A stretch of 64,000 nt of DNA from Amoebophrya sp. A120 (Eukaryota; Protista; Dinoflagellata). Numbering within the stretch: the stretch's first letter is position 1; each line of letters begins with the position of its first letter. Where the stretch lies: assembly GCA_905178155.1 (NCBI GenBank), contig CAJINV010000016.1, positions 434,001 through 498,000 of the forward strand, given 5' to 3'. A program made the translations under genes and the position numbers. The notes beneath the pieces are model-generated. The model did no database searches and was not told the origin of the DNA. It saw only the letters and a list, made by a program, of their open reading frames with translations. Below, in pieces: positions 1 through 11,790 of the stretch.

Positions 1-244
1 TCCGCCGATGACGACGACGGCGCTCATTTGGGGAAGGAGCCACTCCTCGTCCTTCAGATGAACTCGCAGCTCCTGCTGCACCGTAACGTTCCGCGACGTC
101 GGACGCGGCGCCGGTATGGTCGCTCTCATATCCACCCATGTCCGCCACACCCGCGGCTCCTGGCGCGGGTTGAAGCAGTGGTGAAATAGCGCTTGCTGAA
201 GCTCCGGACGATGACACAGGACCGCGGCCAGATCGACGATTCAT
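1..244 (-). CDS. 5' part of a hypothetical gene running off the window start
   Basis: Minus-strand frame MNRRSGRGPVSSSGASASAISPLLQPAPG... is open from the ATG at 244 to position 1; a pyrimidine-rich TCAG acceptor lies just upstream (~272). Confidence 0.35.
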   Translation of the reverse strand, partial: MNRRSGRGPVSSSGASASAISPLLQPAPGAAGVADMGGYESDHTGAASDVAERYGAAGAASSSEGRGVAPSPNERRRRHRR

Positions 245-596
245 CCTGCTCGCGCGGCGGTTATCCAACACCTGAGGAATCGAAGAAAAGAGAACGTGCG
301 AAGGGACACGTACCGAATTATCAGACTGATGTCTGATACGTACTTGCAACACATGCGTTTTTTTTTTCGATAATATGGACGGAATAGTGTAGTACTTCTG
401 GTGTCGCGTCCGAGGGTTTTCATCTTTCTGAGGATGCACAGGTTTCTTGTTTTCCATCCACAACAAAAAGCCTTTCGTACAGAAAAACAGGCATGGCCTG
501 GATCCGCTACCGGTAATATCGCTCGCAGCCTAATGCTGATGCTCAGAGAAGAAAAACGCGCATCGAAATCTACCTCGCATGCGAGATTATAGATGG

Positions 597-1463
597 TCAT
601 GGACGAGACCCATCCTCTACAACAATTCTATGAATATTTTCGTTTCTTGGTAGTGGTGCATTTGGGCAGTAAGAGCAATCATCTATATGTATCAGGCATA
701 CTATGTCCTCCACCGTCTGCCTTTGCTCCCTCCCCGTGCGCAGCTGGTATTCTTGGGATCCGTCCCAACCCTCGACGGCCTCAAGTCCCATCGTAAAGAG
801 CAACCGCGGCAGCCCGTCATCGCTGTAGGCGCGTTGTGTAGGCGAGTAGGGTCCCCGATGCAGCACGCCCCAGGGGCCTCCGTCGAAAAGCAGCTCTTCT
901 TCTGCACTTTCCGCGTTGATCGCGGTCTCTTCGAGAGCAGCAATCTCCTCTTCAGAGAGAGGAACTTGCGCCTTCTGACCGGGACCTGGGGCGTAGAACC
1001 TACGCGGAAGGTTGAGGCTGGACGACAGGTTGTCGAACTGCCTTTGATCTTTCGTTCCGGTGGTGCTCAGACCAAAAAGCGCTACGGAGGCTCGCGTGCC
1101 GGCGTGTAAGACGTCTGTGTCACGATGCCACTCCGCCTTCTGCCAAAATCGCGCTTCGCCGGCCTGTAGGCCCAGAAAAATTTTGTACGCCAGCCTGTAT
1201 GGTGGAGTCCAAACGTACTGTGCCAAGTGGTTGTCTTCAAACAAAATCTGTCTCGCTGCATCAGGGAGTTGCAGTTGATCAATCACGCTGAAGCGGTCCC
1301 CGCTCCCTTCCTTGCTTTCCAGAAAGTTATCCGAGGGAAAAAAATGGCGTGCTGCAGCGCAGCCAAAATTGAGAAGACCGAAGTCACTTATGATGATCAT
1401 CAGCATGGTTGTTCCTAATGGTGTTGATGCATTCCAACTCGCAGTAGGTTTTTTTTTGAACAT
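597..1463 (-). CDS. hypothetical protein, possible 2OG-Fe(II) dioxygenase-like (HxD...H) fold
   Basis: 288-aa single-exon ORF with WHRD, LHRGP and PRLL motifs spaced as in DUF1826/2OG-Fe(II)-like proteins; motif resemblance only, start uncertain. Confidence 0.45.
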   Translation of the reverse strand: MFKKKPTASWNASTPLGTTMLMIIISDFGLLNFGCAAARHFFPSDNFLESKEGSGDRFSVIDQLQLPDAARQILFEDNHLAQYVWTPPYRLAYKIFLGLQAGEARFWQKAEWHRDTDVLHAGTRASVALFGLSTTGTKDQRQFDNLSSSLNLPRRFYAPGPGQKAQVPLSEEEIAALEETAINAESAEEELLFDGGPWGVLHRGPYSPTQRAYSDDGLPRLLFTMGLEAVEGWDGSQEYQLRTGREQRQTVEDIVCLIHIDDCSYCPNAPLPRNENIHRIVVEDGSRP

Positions 1464-1640
1464 GTGAGCAAATGCAAAAGCAATTCGTCACATGACAATA
1501 TGCAATTTACATAGAACACAACTATATAGCACAGAGCTATGAACCAAAATTGATGCAGCCTACCAATGCACCCTAAACGAAAAGGAGCTCCTTCGCCTAT
1601 CGTGAAGAAAACTTACGATCAGGACAATGCCATGCTAGAC

Positions 1641-2690
1641 TCAATGCTCTCTTGACAAAGACTGCGCTGCGCCGACTACAATCATATGACAGTGCGTCTG
1701 ATAACTTCTCACAGCGTCATAATATGCCAGCACGTTCGCGTGCGCACCCCCACTGCGCCGCATTGCCTTTTCGTGTTCATCAATGTTTTTGACGCTCTGT
1801 TGAATGACTTTCCACAGCTTGGGCCACAGAGTGTCTTTTACCAATGCGCGCATGCGCATTGTGTCGCCCCGCTCCTGATCTAGCATCCGGCGCACGGACA
1901 GCTCAAGTCGCTGCAGGTTTTGCTCCTGCTCGTACTGCTCCAGCCGCTCCTGCCGCCGCCGCCGACCGGCACTAGCACTGTCGCAAACGTTCCGGGCCAA
2001 GCGAGACCACAGCGAGCCACGTCGTTGTTCTTGCGGATCGGCAAGCTCCTCGTCCTCATCCGGGCATACGACGCGCTCCACCTGGTCCGAGGCCTCGGAA
2101 TAAAACGCGCAGAGTTTGAAGTTTTCCGAACAGACCCCAATGCTGCCATCCGGAAGTCTGGGAGCGAACTGGACTTCTTTGTCCGCAATTTGAAGCGCGT
2201 TCAGCTGTTGGAACGCGATCAGGTGATGCGGGTTGATTATTCCCTCCCCATCTGCTCCAAAGCAAGCTGCAAACACCTTCTCTTCGTTACCGATGTCGCC
2301 CGCGGGAACAAGAAAGTCGAAGTAGGCCACCCCCTCGCCCTCGATCGTGTTTCCGACCCTCGTCTGCATCGCATTGAAGTACGCAACATCTTCTCTGCCT
2401 AAGCCGCTGGGCTTCAGAGCCGCTATTCCGTCCGGGTAAGTGGCGTAAATTGCAGACGGACCACGAGAAGCACTCGAGGAGACAGCAGCCGCGCCGGTTT
2501 TCTGTGCAAGGCCGACTCCCAGAAATGCCGAAGATCCGGTGCGAGAACTCGATGCAGATACGAAGAGTTCTTGCTGGGTAGTCCAACTTAAGATGCTCAG
2601 GAAACGAATCGCTGACAGGAACGAGCCCGGTCTGAGAAGCACAGCCGCGGCCGTAGCTACAGAGGGGGTGTGTGATAGTCGTAGCGACAT
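1641..2690 (-). CDS. hypothetical protein
   Basis: Long ORF (1641-2849 in the track), likely starting at MSLRLSHTPS (2690); N-terminal hydrophobic stretch, coiled-coil, and C-terminal THCHMIV. Confidence 0.6.
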   Translation of the reverse strand: MSLRLSHTPSVATAAAVLLRPGSFLSAIRFLSILSWTTQQELFVSASSSRTGSSAFLGVGLAQKTGAAAVSSSASRGPSAIYATYPDGIAALKPSGLGREDVAYFNAMQTRVGNTIEGEGVAYFDFLVPAGDIGNEEKVFAACFGADGEGIINPHHLIAFQQLNALQIADKEVQFAPRLPDGSIGVCSENFKLCAFYSEASDQVERVVCPDEDEELADPQEQRRGSLWSRLARNVCDSASAGRRRRQERLEQYEQEQNLQRLELSVRRMLDQERGDTMRMRALVKDTLWPKLWKVIQQSVKNIDEHEKAMRRSGGAHANVLAYYDAVRSYQTHCHMIVVGAAQSLSREH

Positions 2691-4126
2691 TTTTCTTAGC
2701 TCTTGCTCGGACAGGCAGTTCTTCTTCTTGCGTAGTAGTAGGAGCACGAATATAACAGAAGTAGAAAAAAGAGTTGTGGGGTCAGATCTTCCGGTGTGAC
2801 GGACGATGAAAGAAGAGTGTTTGAGTAATTGTTCGTGTTTGAAAAGCACTTAAGACTAAAAGTGATGTCGCGGATGCGGAAGTAGCTTGATATACATTTC
2901 AGAGAATCTTCGTGTCGCAGACTCATCAACAAGAATGTTGCTGAGTGGCTCTGTACTGCGAGTGTAGCGATAGCGTCAATGAGAGGAGAAATTGATATTT
3001 ATAGTAGACAACATCAACACTCGCGCATGCATTCAGAGATGACATCTCTGCACCCTAATTTGCACTCTCTCTCCTCCGACGAGTTCTTGTCTGCTACTTT
3101 TACCGACTGGGCATTGGAGCGTGTATCCTACTAGCAGGCCCTCGCGGGTCGTGATCATATGACCCAAAACCGACGCTTCTACTTGACCGATTCATTGTGA
3201 GATCGATCTGGTCGGGCAGAAAATTTCTTTTTTTTGCATGGCTTGATCGTTTCTTCATTTTGCGACCGAGGTTGTTGGTTGATTGAAGAAAACTTGAGGT
3301 GGCCAGATCCGAACGTGGACCTTTATTTTCCAGAACAAGGTCTGCACCCGATAATTTTTTTTTATGTTTCTTTTTCCTTTTCGTTGTTTTTGAATGGAGA
3401 GCCCTTCACCGGCTCGCCCTCATTTATACAAAAATTGGTAGTTCGTGTGCTGGTTTTTCGAGGCATCTGCTCCAGTGTGCGGCAAATTGTTGCCCGTCGC
3501 GCGCACTACAAACCGGCGTTGCCGCGAAGGCTTTCTTTCGCAGCGTCCGCACAAACACGAGCTTCCTGCGCACCGGAGCGAAAACCTCTTCACAAAATTT
3601 TAATTTTCAATAGCGAGCTGTGCCATATAACATTCACTCAACACAAAAATCGTTGCAATGCATGTACAGCCGTAAGTGTGATTTACATAAAATGTCAAAA
3701 TGAAATCAAGAGCCGATCAAGTTGCATGCGACATCCGTCCTTCGACGGGGGCATTGGTACTGAATTATGGAGGTACAATTATTTTATACATTCAGAGGCC
3801 ACGAGAGCTTCTCCTTGAAAGGCAAAAAAAAAAGTATATGTCAAGATCAAATTCAGAATGTCACATTTGGTCATCAGATTCTCAAAATTCGATTAAGTAA
3901 TTTACTTACACAGATGAAGTAAGTGGTGATCGTCGTCATATGTATAAGCGAACTTGGACCAGCAGGGTTTTGTTTTTTAAATGTGATGTAAAGCACAGCC
4001 CTACTAGTTGTCTCGACAGCGGCAGACAGCATGGATCATCTTGCAAAACGAGTCGTGTCTGTGCCTAACGAGTCGCGAACCTCTGCCGTCATAAATAAAA
4101 ACTTATCCTCCACCCCGTCCCTTTCT

Positions 4127-5459
4127 TCACACCACGGTCATCCGACTGGCCATCCAGGTGCCGGCGCGGGAGAAGATGTCCAGCTCCCGCTGCAGGAGGA
4201 AGTTGAAGATTTCCATCAGAAACTTCGTGAACGACTCCCCGTATCCGAAGTACATAAACCCCTTGTCGCTGTAGGAGCCCACGGAGCTCCCGTTGCCGAA
4301 CAGCGTGGAGAAGGCAAAGCCCTTGCCGGAAAACGGGTAGAAATCCATCGGCGGCACGTAGGGCACCAACGCCTTAGCCAACTCCGCGGAGCCGGACAGC
4401 GGGGTGTAGGCGTAGGAGAGCGGGTTTAGCACCGGCAGCTCGGGGCCGTAGAACACGCGGGACTGCGGTTGCTGGAAAACGTAATTGGCCGGGCCGTAGA
4501 CGACGGAATCAACGACGGTGGAAAGCAGGTCATCCTCCTGCTGCCCAAAGATCGGGTGGATCACGACGGACCGCGATTCGAGCACGTCCGTGGAGTACAC
4601 GCCGAGGGAGAGCAGCATATCAAATGCAAAAGTGTCTGGGTCTGGAATGTTGCTGGGTTTGTCATGCATTTTTTGCATGACTCCTGACGTCTGTGATGGA
4701 TGCCCTAGCATCACAGATTTTTTGCGGGCTTCGTCATGCCTATTCCGCATGAGAAATTCCCTCTCGCCGGGGCAAAAACTGGACCGCTTTTGCTGTTCAT
4801 GCAATACAGATTTTTGTAGCATCCAAATGGAGCATCACAAGTTCGCATCCTTCCAGACCCAGACATTTATTTTGCAGTTGATACAGCAAGCAGAAGGTCA
4901 ACGCCGTGTACTCCTGCAGGAAGACAAACTATGCATTGCAAAAGTATCGTACTAGTAGTATGAATTGCATTACAAATTTTGGCACGAGACGAGAGAGTGG
5001 AACTTGTTATGCTGTTTTGCCTTCAGAAGAACATTTGTCATGCATATTTGCAATTAGTACGAGTACGATACTTTTGCACAGGATACAAACGGCGCCTCGA
5101 TAAAGTCAGCCAGGAGAAAGAAGGTATGCCCAGCAAAATCTTCGTCTACGTTTTGCTACGGAATGCCGCATGATAGCATTATAGTCCTCACTGTGAAGAC
5201 AGCACATTCTGTCATGCGGTGAGCAATTCTGGGGCGAGCTATGATGTGACACATCATAGCTCGCATCAGAATTTCAAGTTTTGAACATTGATTTTATCAT
5301 TTCAATTCATGCTGAAAAAATTTGTGATGCGGTCCCGTAAATGTAGAACAATTTTGCGATGCGTACGCCGGCAAGAGAAGGAGTTTGAAGAGGAAAGAAA
5401 CCGCTTCTTCTTCCTCCATCGAACCCTCGGAAGAAGCCGTGGAAGATCGCATCGAGGAT
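4127..5459 (-). CDS. hypothetical multi-exon protein interrupted by two IEs and at least one further intron; 5' end unresolved
   Basis: Removing IEs 4930-5085 and 4618-4883 (each plus one 5-bp repeat) gives a continuous frame QNVDEDFAGHTFFLLADFIEAPFVFLQEYTALTFCLLLSLGVYSTDV...RMTVV* with strong GC3 bias. Confidence 0.6.
4618..4883. mobile_element. introner element, family A (TIR TATCAAATGCAAAAnTGTCTGGGTCTGGAA)
   Basis: ~30-bp TIR; direct repeat CAGCA/CAGCA; frame restored on removal. Confidence 0.9.
4930..5085. mobile_element. introner element, family B (TIR TATnnnnTGCAAAAGTATCGTACT)
   Basis: TIR; direct repeat CAAAC/CAAAC; frame restored on removal. Confidence 0.9.
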
Positions 5460-5711
5460 TATGCAATTTACAAACACGATTTTTATTCTGAGTCCAAGTT
5501 TGTCATGCACAAAATGCACATCACAATCACTTTTGTGATGCAAAGTTTCGATTTCAAGGCATGTTTTGAGGAAGGCCGAATGATGATCATATTCTGATTC
5601 TTTTTCAGCAACTAATCTTGCATCAACCTGCAGACAGTGTACCAGTAGCAGCTACTACCTAGGAGCAGGCACTGTTCTTTATTGCAAGACAAATGCACTT
5701 CTTCTACATCT

Positions 5712-6260
5712 TCAACCCACGCAGGCCGAAGTGGCGGGAAAACAATTATCGGATTTGTACTCCCATATGCTCTGGCGTTCCGAGACCCCGGCATCCCTTA
5801 GGCTGCTGGCCCGGAGGCTGGAGGACAAGCGCAGGTAGGATTGCGGCGTGGTAATCCCGAAGAGGTTCCGGAGAAACTGGGGCAGAATCAACCCCTCCCG
5901 GTAGATGGTCTGGTCCACAAAGACCGTGCTGGTTCTTTGCATCGACTGCATCAGAACCGAGTTCTGGCCCCGCGCAGCCCACTTCTTGCCCGTGCGGGGG
6001 TCGTAGTCTTCGTCGGCGTTTGTTTGCCCGAACTTGTCAATGCCCGCATCCACGTTTCCGCCGATGGAACCCTGTTTGGCGCGGTACTCCTTCGACTGAA
6101 TGTTCTCAAAAAAGTTCTTCCGGTCCACCGCATTGCCCTGCTGGATGAGGGAGACGCCACGCTGTTTCTGGTCGATCGAGGCGTCGACGTTTGCGTTATT
6201 GGACGCAGCGGTATTGTTCAGGGTGGTACTGGCGCGCCGACCCGCGTTCATGTTGGACAT
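5712..6260 (-). CDS. hypothetical protein (may be the 5' exon of the 4127-5459 gene)
   Basis: 182-aa ORF with an ATG after an A-rich leader and high GC3 codons. Confidence 0.55.
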   Translation of the reverse strand: MSNMNAGRRASTTLNNTAASNNANVDASIDQKQRGVSLIQQGNAVDRKNFFENIQSKEYRAKQGSIGGNVDAGIDKFGQTNADEDYDPRTGKKWAARGQNSVLMQSMQRTSTVFVDQTIYREGLILPQFLRNLFGITTPQSYLRLSSSLRASSLRDAGVSERQSIWEYKSDNCFPATSACVG

Positions 6261-6914
6261 TTCTTTTGCTGTGCTTGTTCGCTAGAAATAACAACGTAAA
6301 GGAAATGATTTATCAAATTCAAAATCAAATCACTGAAGGACAAAATAAAGTTTTCTTGAGAAATCTGCAAATGCTTATGCTGATGATGGTCAGTTTATTG
6401 TAGAAAGCACTTAGATGTTTTTTCTGTCGTGGAGGTAGGAATAAATTTATGAGAGAAGGAGATCCTGTGTCACAAAGAAGACATTGCAAAGTGGAAGTCG
6501 CATAGTTCTCAAAACCGATTCGGCTTCTTAGATGAACAAGTAAGTAGTCATCACGACGTTCCACCTCCGACTGTTGTTTCACGAGCTGCAGCACGACTTT
6601 GGCCGAAGTCCAGCGAGGCCGAGAGAAAAGGAAAACATGAATATTACCGATTAACGAATCTCCATTACAGACAATTAGGGCGGAGAAAGACCGACCGAAT
6701 ATTTCTGACAATGTCACGAGAACCGATGATTCTTCGTAGCGCAGGAAGCGCACTCGCACGGACCGACAGTGGTACGTGGTCTGGTTTTTTGTATACTTTT
6801 TCCGAAGCAGAACAAGTAGAGTAGTGTACGTCGAAGTGGTGACCGGCCCCACTTTGCTGGTTTGTGTGACGATGGCGTGGCGAAGAGAAAAATGACAAAC
6901 ATCAAACGAAGATG

Positions 6915-9900
6915 AAAACCTAATACGGCCTCGACCATACATGATGCCATCGTGGCTGGAATGAATCACGAAAGCAAGAAACGCTGCTTTTGCTGGGTAG
7001 TGCCTTTGCTGCGGTGCTCGGATGCTCCGCACTTGGCTGAGATAGTGGCAGCGATTCCTGTTTTGCTTCTCCCGGTATAGCAACTGGCCACCCACGAGAA
7101 CCAAAACCAAAGGCCTCGATGACCCGGAGGCCAAAACCCAAGACCTTGACCATACCACTGCGGCTAAAATCTGCCAAGCAAAAAAAGCTGTTTTCGTTGG
7201 ATAGCAACTTTGGCACGGGCCCCCCCCCAGACCCTTCGCCGGTGGCTGAAAGCGTGGCAACAGGTCCTGTTTTGCTTCTCACGGTATAGCAGCTCGCCAC
7301 TCGCGAGAAGCAAAAAAAAGGCCCCGTAGACCCGGAAGTCAAAACCCAAGACCTCGACCATACCGTCGCGGAAAAAAACTGCCAAGCAAAAAAAGCTGCT
7401 TTCGTTGGATAGCAACTTTGGCACGGGCCCCAGACCCTTCGCCGATGGTTGCAAGCGTGGCAACAGCTCCTGTTTTGCTTCTCCCGGTACAGCAACTCGC
7501 CATCCACGAGAAGCAAAAAAAAGGCTCCGGAGACCCGGAATGCAAAACCCAAGACCTCGACCATACCGTCGGGGAAAAATTCCGCCAAGCATGAAAATAA
7601 GCTGCTTTCGTTGCATAGCAACTTTGCTCCGGACCCAAGACCCTTCGCCGGTGGTTGAAATGGTGGCAACAGCTCCTGTTTTGCTTCTCCCGGTATAGCA
7701 ACTCGCCATCCGCGAGAAGCAAAAAAAAGGCTCCGGAGACCCGGAATGCAAAACCCAAGACCTCGACCACACCATCGCGGAAAAAATCCGCCAAGCAAAA
7801 AAAGCTGCTTTCGTTGGATAGCAACTTTGCTCCGGACCCGAGACCCTTCGCCGGTGGTTGAAATGGTGGCAACAGCTCCTGTTTTGCTTCTCCCGGTATA
7901 GCAACTCGCCATCCGCGAGAAGCAAAAAAAAGGCTCCGGAGACCCGGAATGCAAAACCCAAGACCTCGACCACACCATCGCGGAAAAAATCCGCCAAGCA
8001 AAAAAAGCTGCTTTCGTTGGATAGCAACTTTGCTCCGGACCCGAGACCCTTCGCCGGTGGTTGAAATGGTGGCAACAGCTCCTGTTTTGCTTCTCCCGGT
8101 ATAGCAACTCGCCATCCGCGAGAAGCAAAAAAAAGGCTCCGGAGACCCGGAATGCAAAACCCAAGACCTCGACCACACCATCGCGGAAAAAATCCGCCAA
8201 GCAAAAAAAGCTGCTTTCGTTGGATAGCAACTTTGCTCCGGACCCGAGACCCTTCGCCGGTGGTTGAAATGGTGGCAACAGCTCCTGTTTTGCTTCTCCC
8301 GGTATAGCAACTCGCCATCCGCGAGAAGCAAAAAAAAGGCTCCGGAGACCCGGAATGCAAAACCCAAGACCTCGACCACACCATCGCGGAAAAAATCCGC
8401 CAAGCAAAAAAAGCTGCTTTCGTTGGATAGCAACTTTGCTCCGGACCCGAGACCCTTCGCCGGTGGTTGAAATGGTGGCAACAGCTCCTGTTTTGCTTCT
8501 CCCGGTATAGCAACTCGCCATCCGCGAGAAGCAAAAAAAAGGCTCCGGAGACCCGGAATGCAAAACCCAAGACCTCGACCACACCATCGCGGAAAAAATC
8601 CGCCAAGCAAAAAAAGCTGCTTTCGTTGGATAGCAACTTTGCTCCGGACCCGAGACCCTTCGCCGGTGGTTGAAATGGTGGCAACAGCTCCTGTTTTGCT
8701 TCTCCCGGTATAGCAACTCGCCATCCGCGAGAAGCAAAAAAAAGGCTCCGGAGACCCGGAATGCAAAACCCAAGACCTCGACCACACCATCGCGGAAAAA
8801 ATCCGCCAAGCAAAAAAAGCTGCTTTCGTTGGATAGCAACTTTGCTCCGGACCCGAGACCCTTCGCCGGTGGTTGAAATGGTGGCAACAGCTCCTGTTTT
8901 GCTTCTCCCGGTATAGCAACTCGCCATCCGCGAGAAGCAAAAAAAAGGCTCCGGAGACCCGGAATGCAAAACCCAAGACCTCGACCACACCATCGCGGAA
9001 AAAATCCGCCAAGCAAAAAAAGCTGCTTTCGTTGGATAGCAACTTTGCTCCGGACCCGAGACCCTTCGCCGGTGGTTGAAATGGTGGCAACAGCTCCTGT
9101 TTTGCTTCTCCCGGTATAGCAACTCGCCATCCGCGAGAAGCAAAAAAAAGGCTCCGGAGACCCGGAATGCAAAACCCAAGACCTCGACCACACCATCGCG
9201 GAAAAAATCCGCCAAGCAAAAAAAGCTGCTTTCGTTGGATAGCAACTTTGCTCCGGACCCGAGACCCTTCGCCGGTGGTTGAAATGGTGGCAACAGCTCC
9301 TGTTTTGCTTCTCCCGGTATAGCAACTCGCCATCCGCGAGAAGCAAAAAAAAGGCTCCGGAGACCCGGAATGCAAAACCCAAGACCTCGACCACACCATC
9401 GCGGAAAAAATCCGCCAAGCAAAAAAAGCTGCTTTCGTTGGATAGCAACTTTGCTCCGGACCCGAGACCCTTCGCCGGTGGTTGAAATGGTGGCAACAGC
9501 TCCTGTTTTGCTTCTCCCGGTATAGCAACTCGCCATCCGCGAGAAGCAAAAAAAAGGCTCCGGAGACCCGGAATGCAAAACCCAAGACCTCGACCACACC
9601 ATCGCGGAAAAAATCCGCCAAGCAAAAAAAGCTGCTTTCGTTGGATAGCAACTTTGCTCCGGACCCGAGACCCTTCGCCGGTGGTTGAAATGGTGGCAAC
9701 AGCTCCTGTTTTGCTTCTCCCGGTATAGCAACTCGCCATCCGCGAGAAGCAAAAAAAAGGCTGCGGAGACCCGGAATGCAAAACCCAAGACCTCGACCAC
9801 ACCATCGCGGAAAAAATCCGCCAAGCAAAAAAAGCTGCTTTCGTTGGATAGCAACTTTGCTCCGGACCCCAGACCCTTCGCCGGTGGTAGAAATGGTGGC

Positions 9901-10480
9901 AACAGCTCCTGTTTTGCTTCTCCCGGTATAGCAACTCGCCATCCGCGAGAAGCAAAAAAAAGGCTGCGGAGACCCGGAATGCAAAACCCAAGACCTCGAC
10001 CACACCATCGCGGAAAAAATCCGCCAAGCAAAAAAAGCTGCTTTCGTTGGATAGCAACTTTGCTCCGGACCCCAGACCCTTCGCCGGTGGCTGAAAGCGT
10101 GGCAACAGGTCCTGTTTTGCTCCTCCCGGTATAGCAACTCGCCACTCGCGAGAAGTAAAAAAAAGGCCCCGGAGACCCGAAAGTCAAAACCCAAGACCTC
10201 GACCATACCGTCGCGGAAAAAATCTGCCAAGCAAAAAAAGCTGCTTTCGTTGGATAGCAACTTTGGCACGGGCCCCAGACCCTTCGCCGGTAGTTGCAAG
10301 CGTGGCAACAGCTCCTGTTTTGCTTCTCCCGGTCTAGCAACTCGCCACCCGCGACGAGAAGCAAAAAAAAGGCCCCGGAGACCCGGAAGTCAAAACCCAA
10401 GACCTCGACCATACCGTCGCGGAAAAATTCCGCCAAGCAAAAAAAGCTGCTTTGGTACGATAGCAACTTTGGTCCGGGGA
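6915..10480. repeat. tandem array of a 203-bp unit, about 17 full units plus a degenerate partial unit
   Basis: GTGGCAACAG(C/G)TCCTG recurs near 7254, 7457, 7663, 7866 ... 10302; central units appear identical, edge units diverge. Confidence 0.95.
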
Positions 10481-11258
10481 AAAGCTCCTCTTTCTCTCGG
10501 AGTCCGAGTGACTCGTATTCCCCGAAAATACAAAGGAATAGGATAAACCTTTTGAAGCTGTAGCGATGTGTCACAGGGGAGCAGAAGGCTCTTCCTGAGG
10601 TGCACAAAGGGAAGTAAGTAATCCTTGCGAGACCAAGCCCTATGTTGCAGTCGTATACCATTTGGTCACACATTGTTTCAAAACGCACCGGCGCCGCCGT
10701 CTCGAAACTCATATCCTCAACGTGGGTCGCAGGGATGAAGAAGTTCTTTCCTTGTCAAACCACATGACGAACAATTCTTCGTCGCAGTTGAGGAGCTTTC
10801 GCTTCCGAACACGATTATTTCAAGCTGCAACTTTGCTGCTGCATACATTGAACTTTTTACGGAAAGTTCGTTTATGCACAGATCATTTATTTGCAGCGCG
10901 TTGGTGGAATAGAAGAATTGTTGAGTTCGCATGGCATGGATTGAGCCTCCGTTTCTTGTAAGTAATTGTATTCAAGTGATGAAACAAAGCGAATGCTCGA
11001 CATTGTATTTGTACTTGTAGAGCCTCATACATTACATCTTAGCAAATAGTGGAAGAGGCACCCGAAGTAGAACTACTAGGTAGACTTAGACAAAGACAAC
11101 AAGCAGATGCAAGATAAGGTACACTTCCTGACAGTCATTGATTCGAAGCACGAGTACTTACTTGCCTTAGCTTCAAAGATCTAGTTTTTCAGTTTGCGCG
11201 AGGGATCAAATTCAGGGAAAGTTTTTTCTCCTCGCTCTTATTTCGCGTTCGCCTGTTC

Positions 11259-11519
11259 TTATAAGCCACGATCATCGCCTTGGTTCTTCTCAGTGGCGTA
11301 AACCCGTCGGTAGACTCCGCCGTTACCAAAATACTTGGACACCTGGGCTGCGATTTTTTGCCCAAAGCTCGGGTTGTAGTCCGTACCAGAGTTTGGCCGA
11401 CTACCCGTCGCTGCGTGCACATCCGGGGGCGGCGGGCGGGATGTCGTAGTACTCGCGGAGCCGAAAATGCTCTGGATCAAAAGCCCTAAGCCGAGCAGCA
11501 GAACAACGCCGAGCACCAC
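11259..11519 (-). CDS. possible small membrane protein or terminal exon
   Basis: Hydrophobic VVLGVVLLLGLGLLIQSIFG segment; connection to the upstream ORF not resolved. Confidence 0.3.
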   Translation of the reverse strand: MVLGVVLLLGLGLLIQSIFGSASTTTSRPPPPDVHAATGSRPNSGTDYNPSFGQKIAAQVSKYFGNGGVYRRVYATEKNQGDDRGL

Positions 11520-11790
11520 GTTTGGTATCCAGGCTAATTTTTGGCGTAGCGCCCTCCAGCAGCAGATTAATCTGTCTCAGTAGAAATAAACTGCATCTGC
11601 TTACACATACAGATTCATGCTTTCGTGTTTTCTGTTTTAGTTTCGAAGATTTTACAAACGCTACAATAAGCACTCATCGCACATTGGGAACCATATTTCC
11701 GAGAGACACACAAAGGGTAAGCGGCCAGAAAGACGTATAAGCAAAAATGTGCACTGGATACAGAGCAGGTGCCGCAGCTTCATGTTCTCG

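Noticed and set aside
7045-10480. CRISPR array or spliced-leader/5S RNA cluster
   Set aside because: No unique spacers, no cas genes, and no dinoflagellate SL sequence or recognisable 5S found by eye.
6920-10712. Three ~1000-aa minus-strand ORFs and repeated 68-aa plus-strand ORFs
   Set aside because: By-products of a 203-bp unit, not a multiple of 3, that lacks stops; all three frames give the same cycling peptide.
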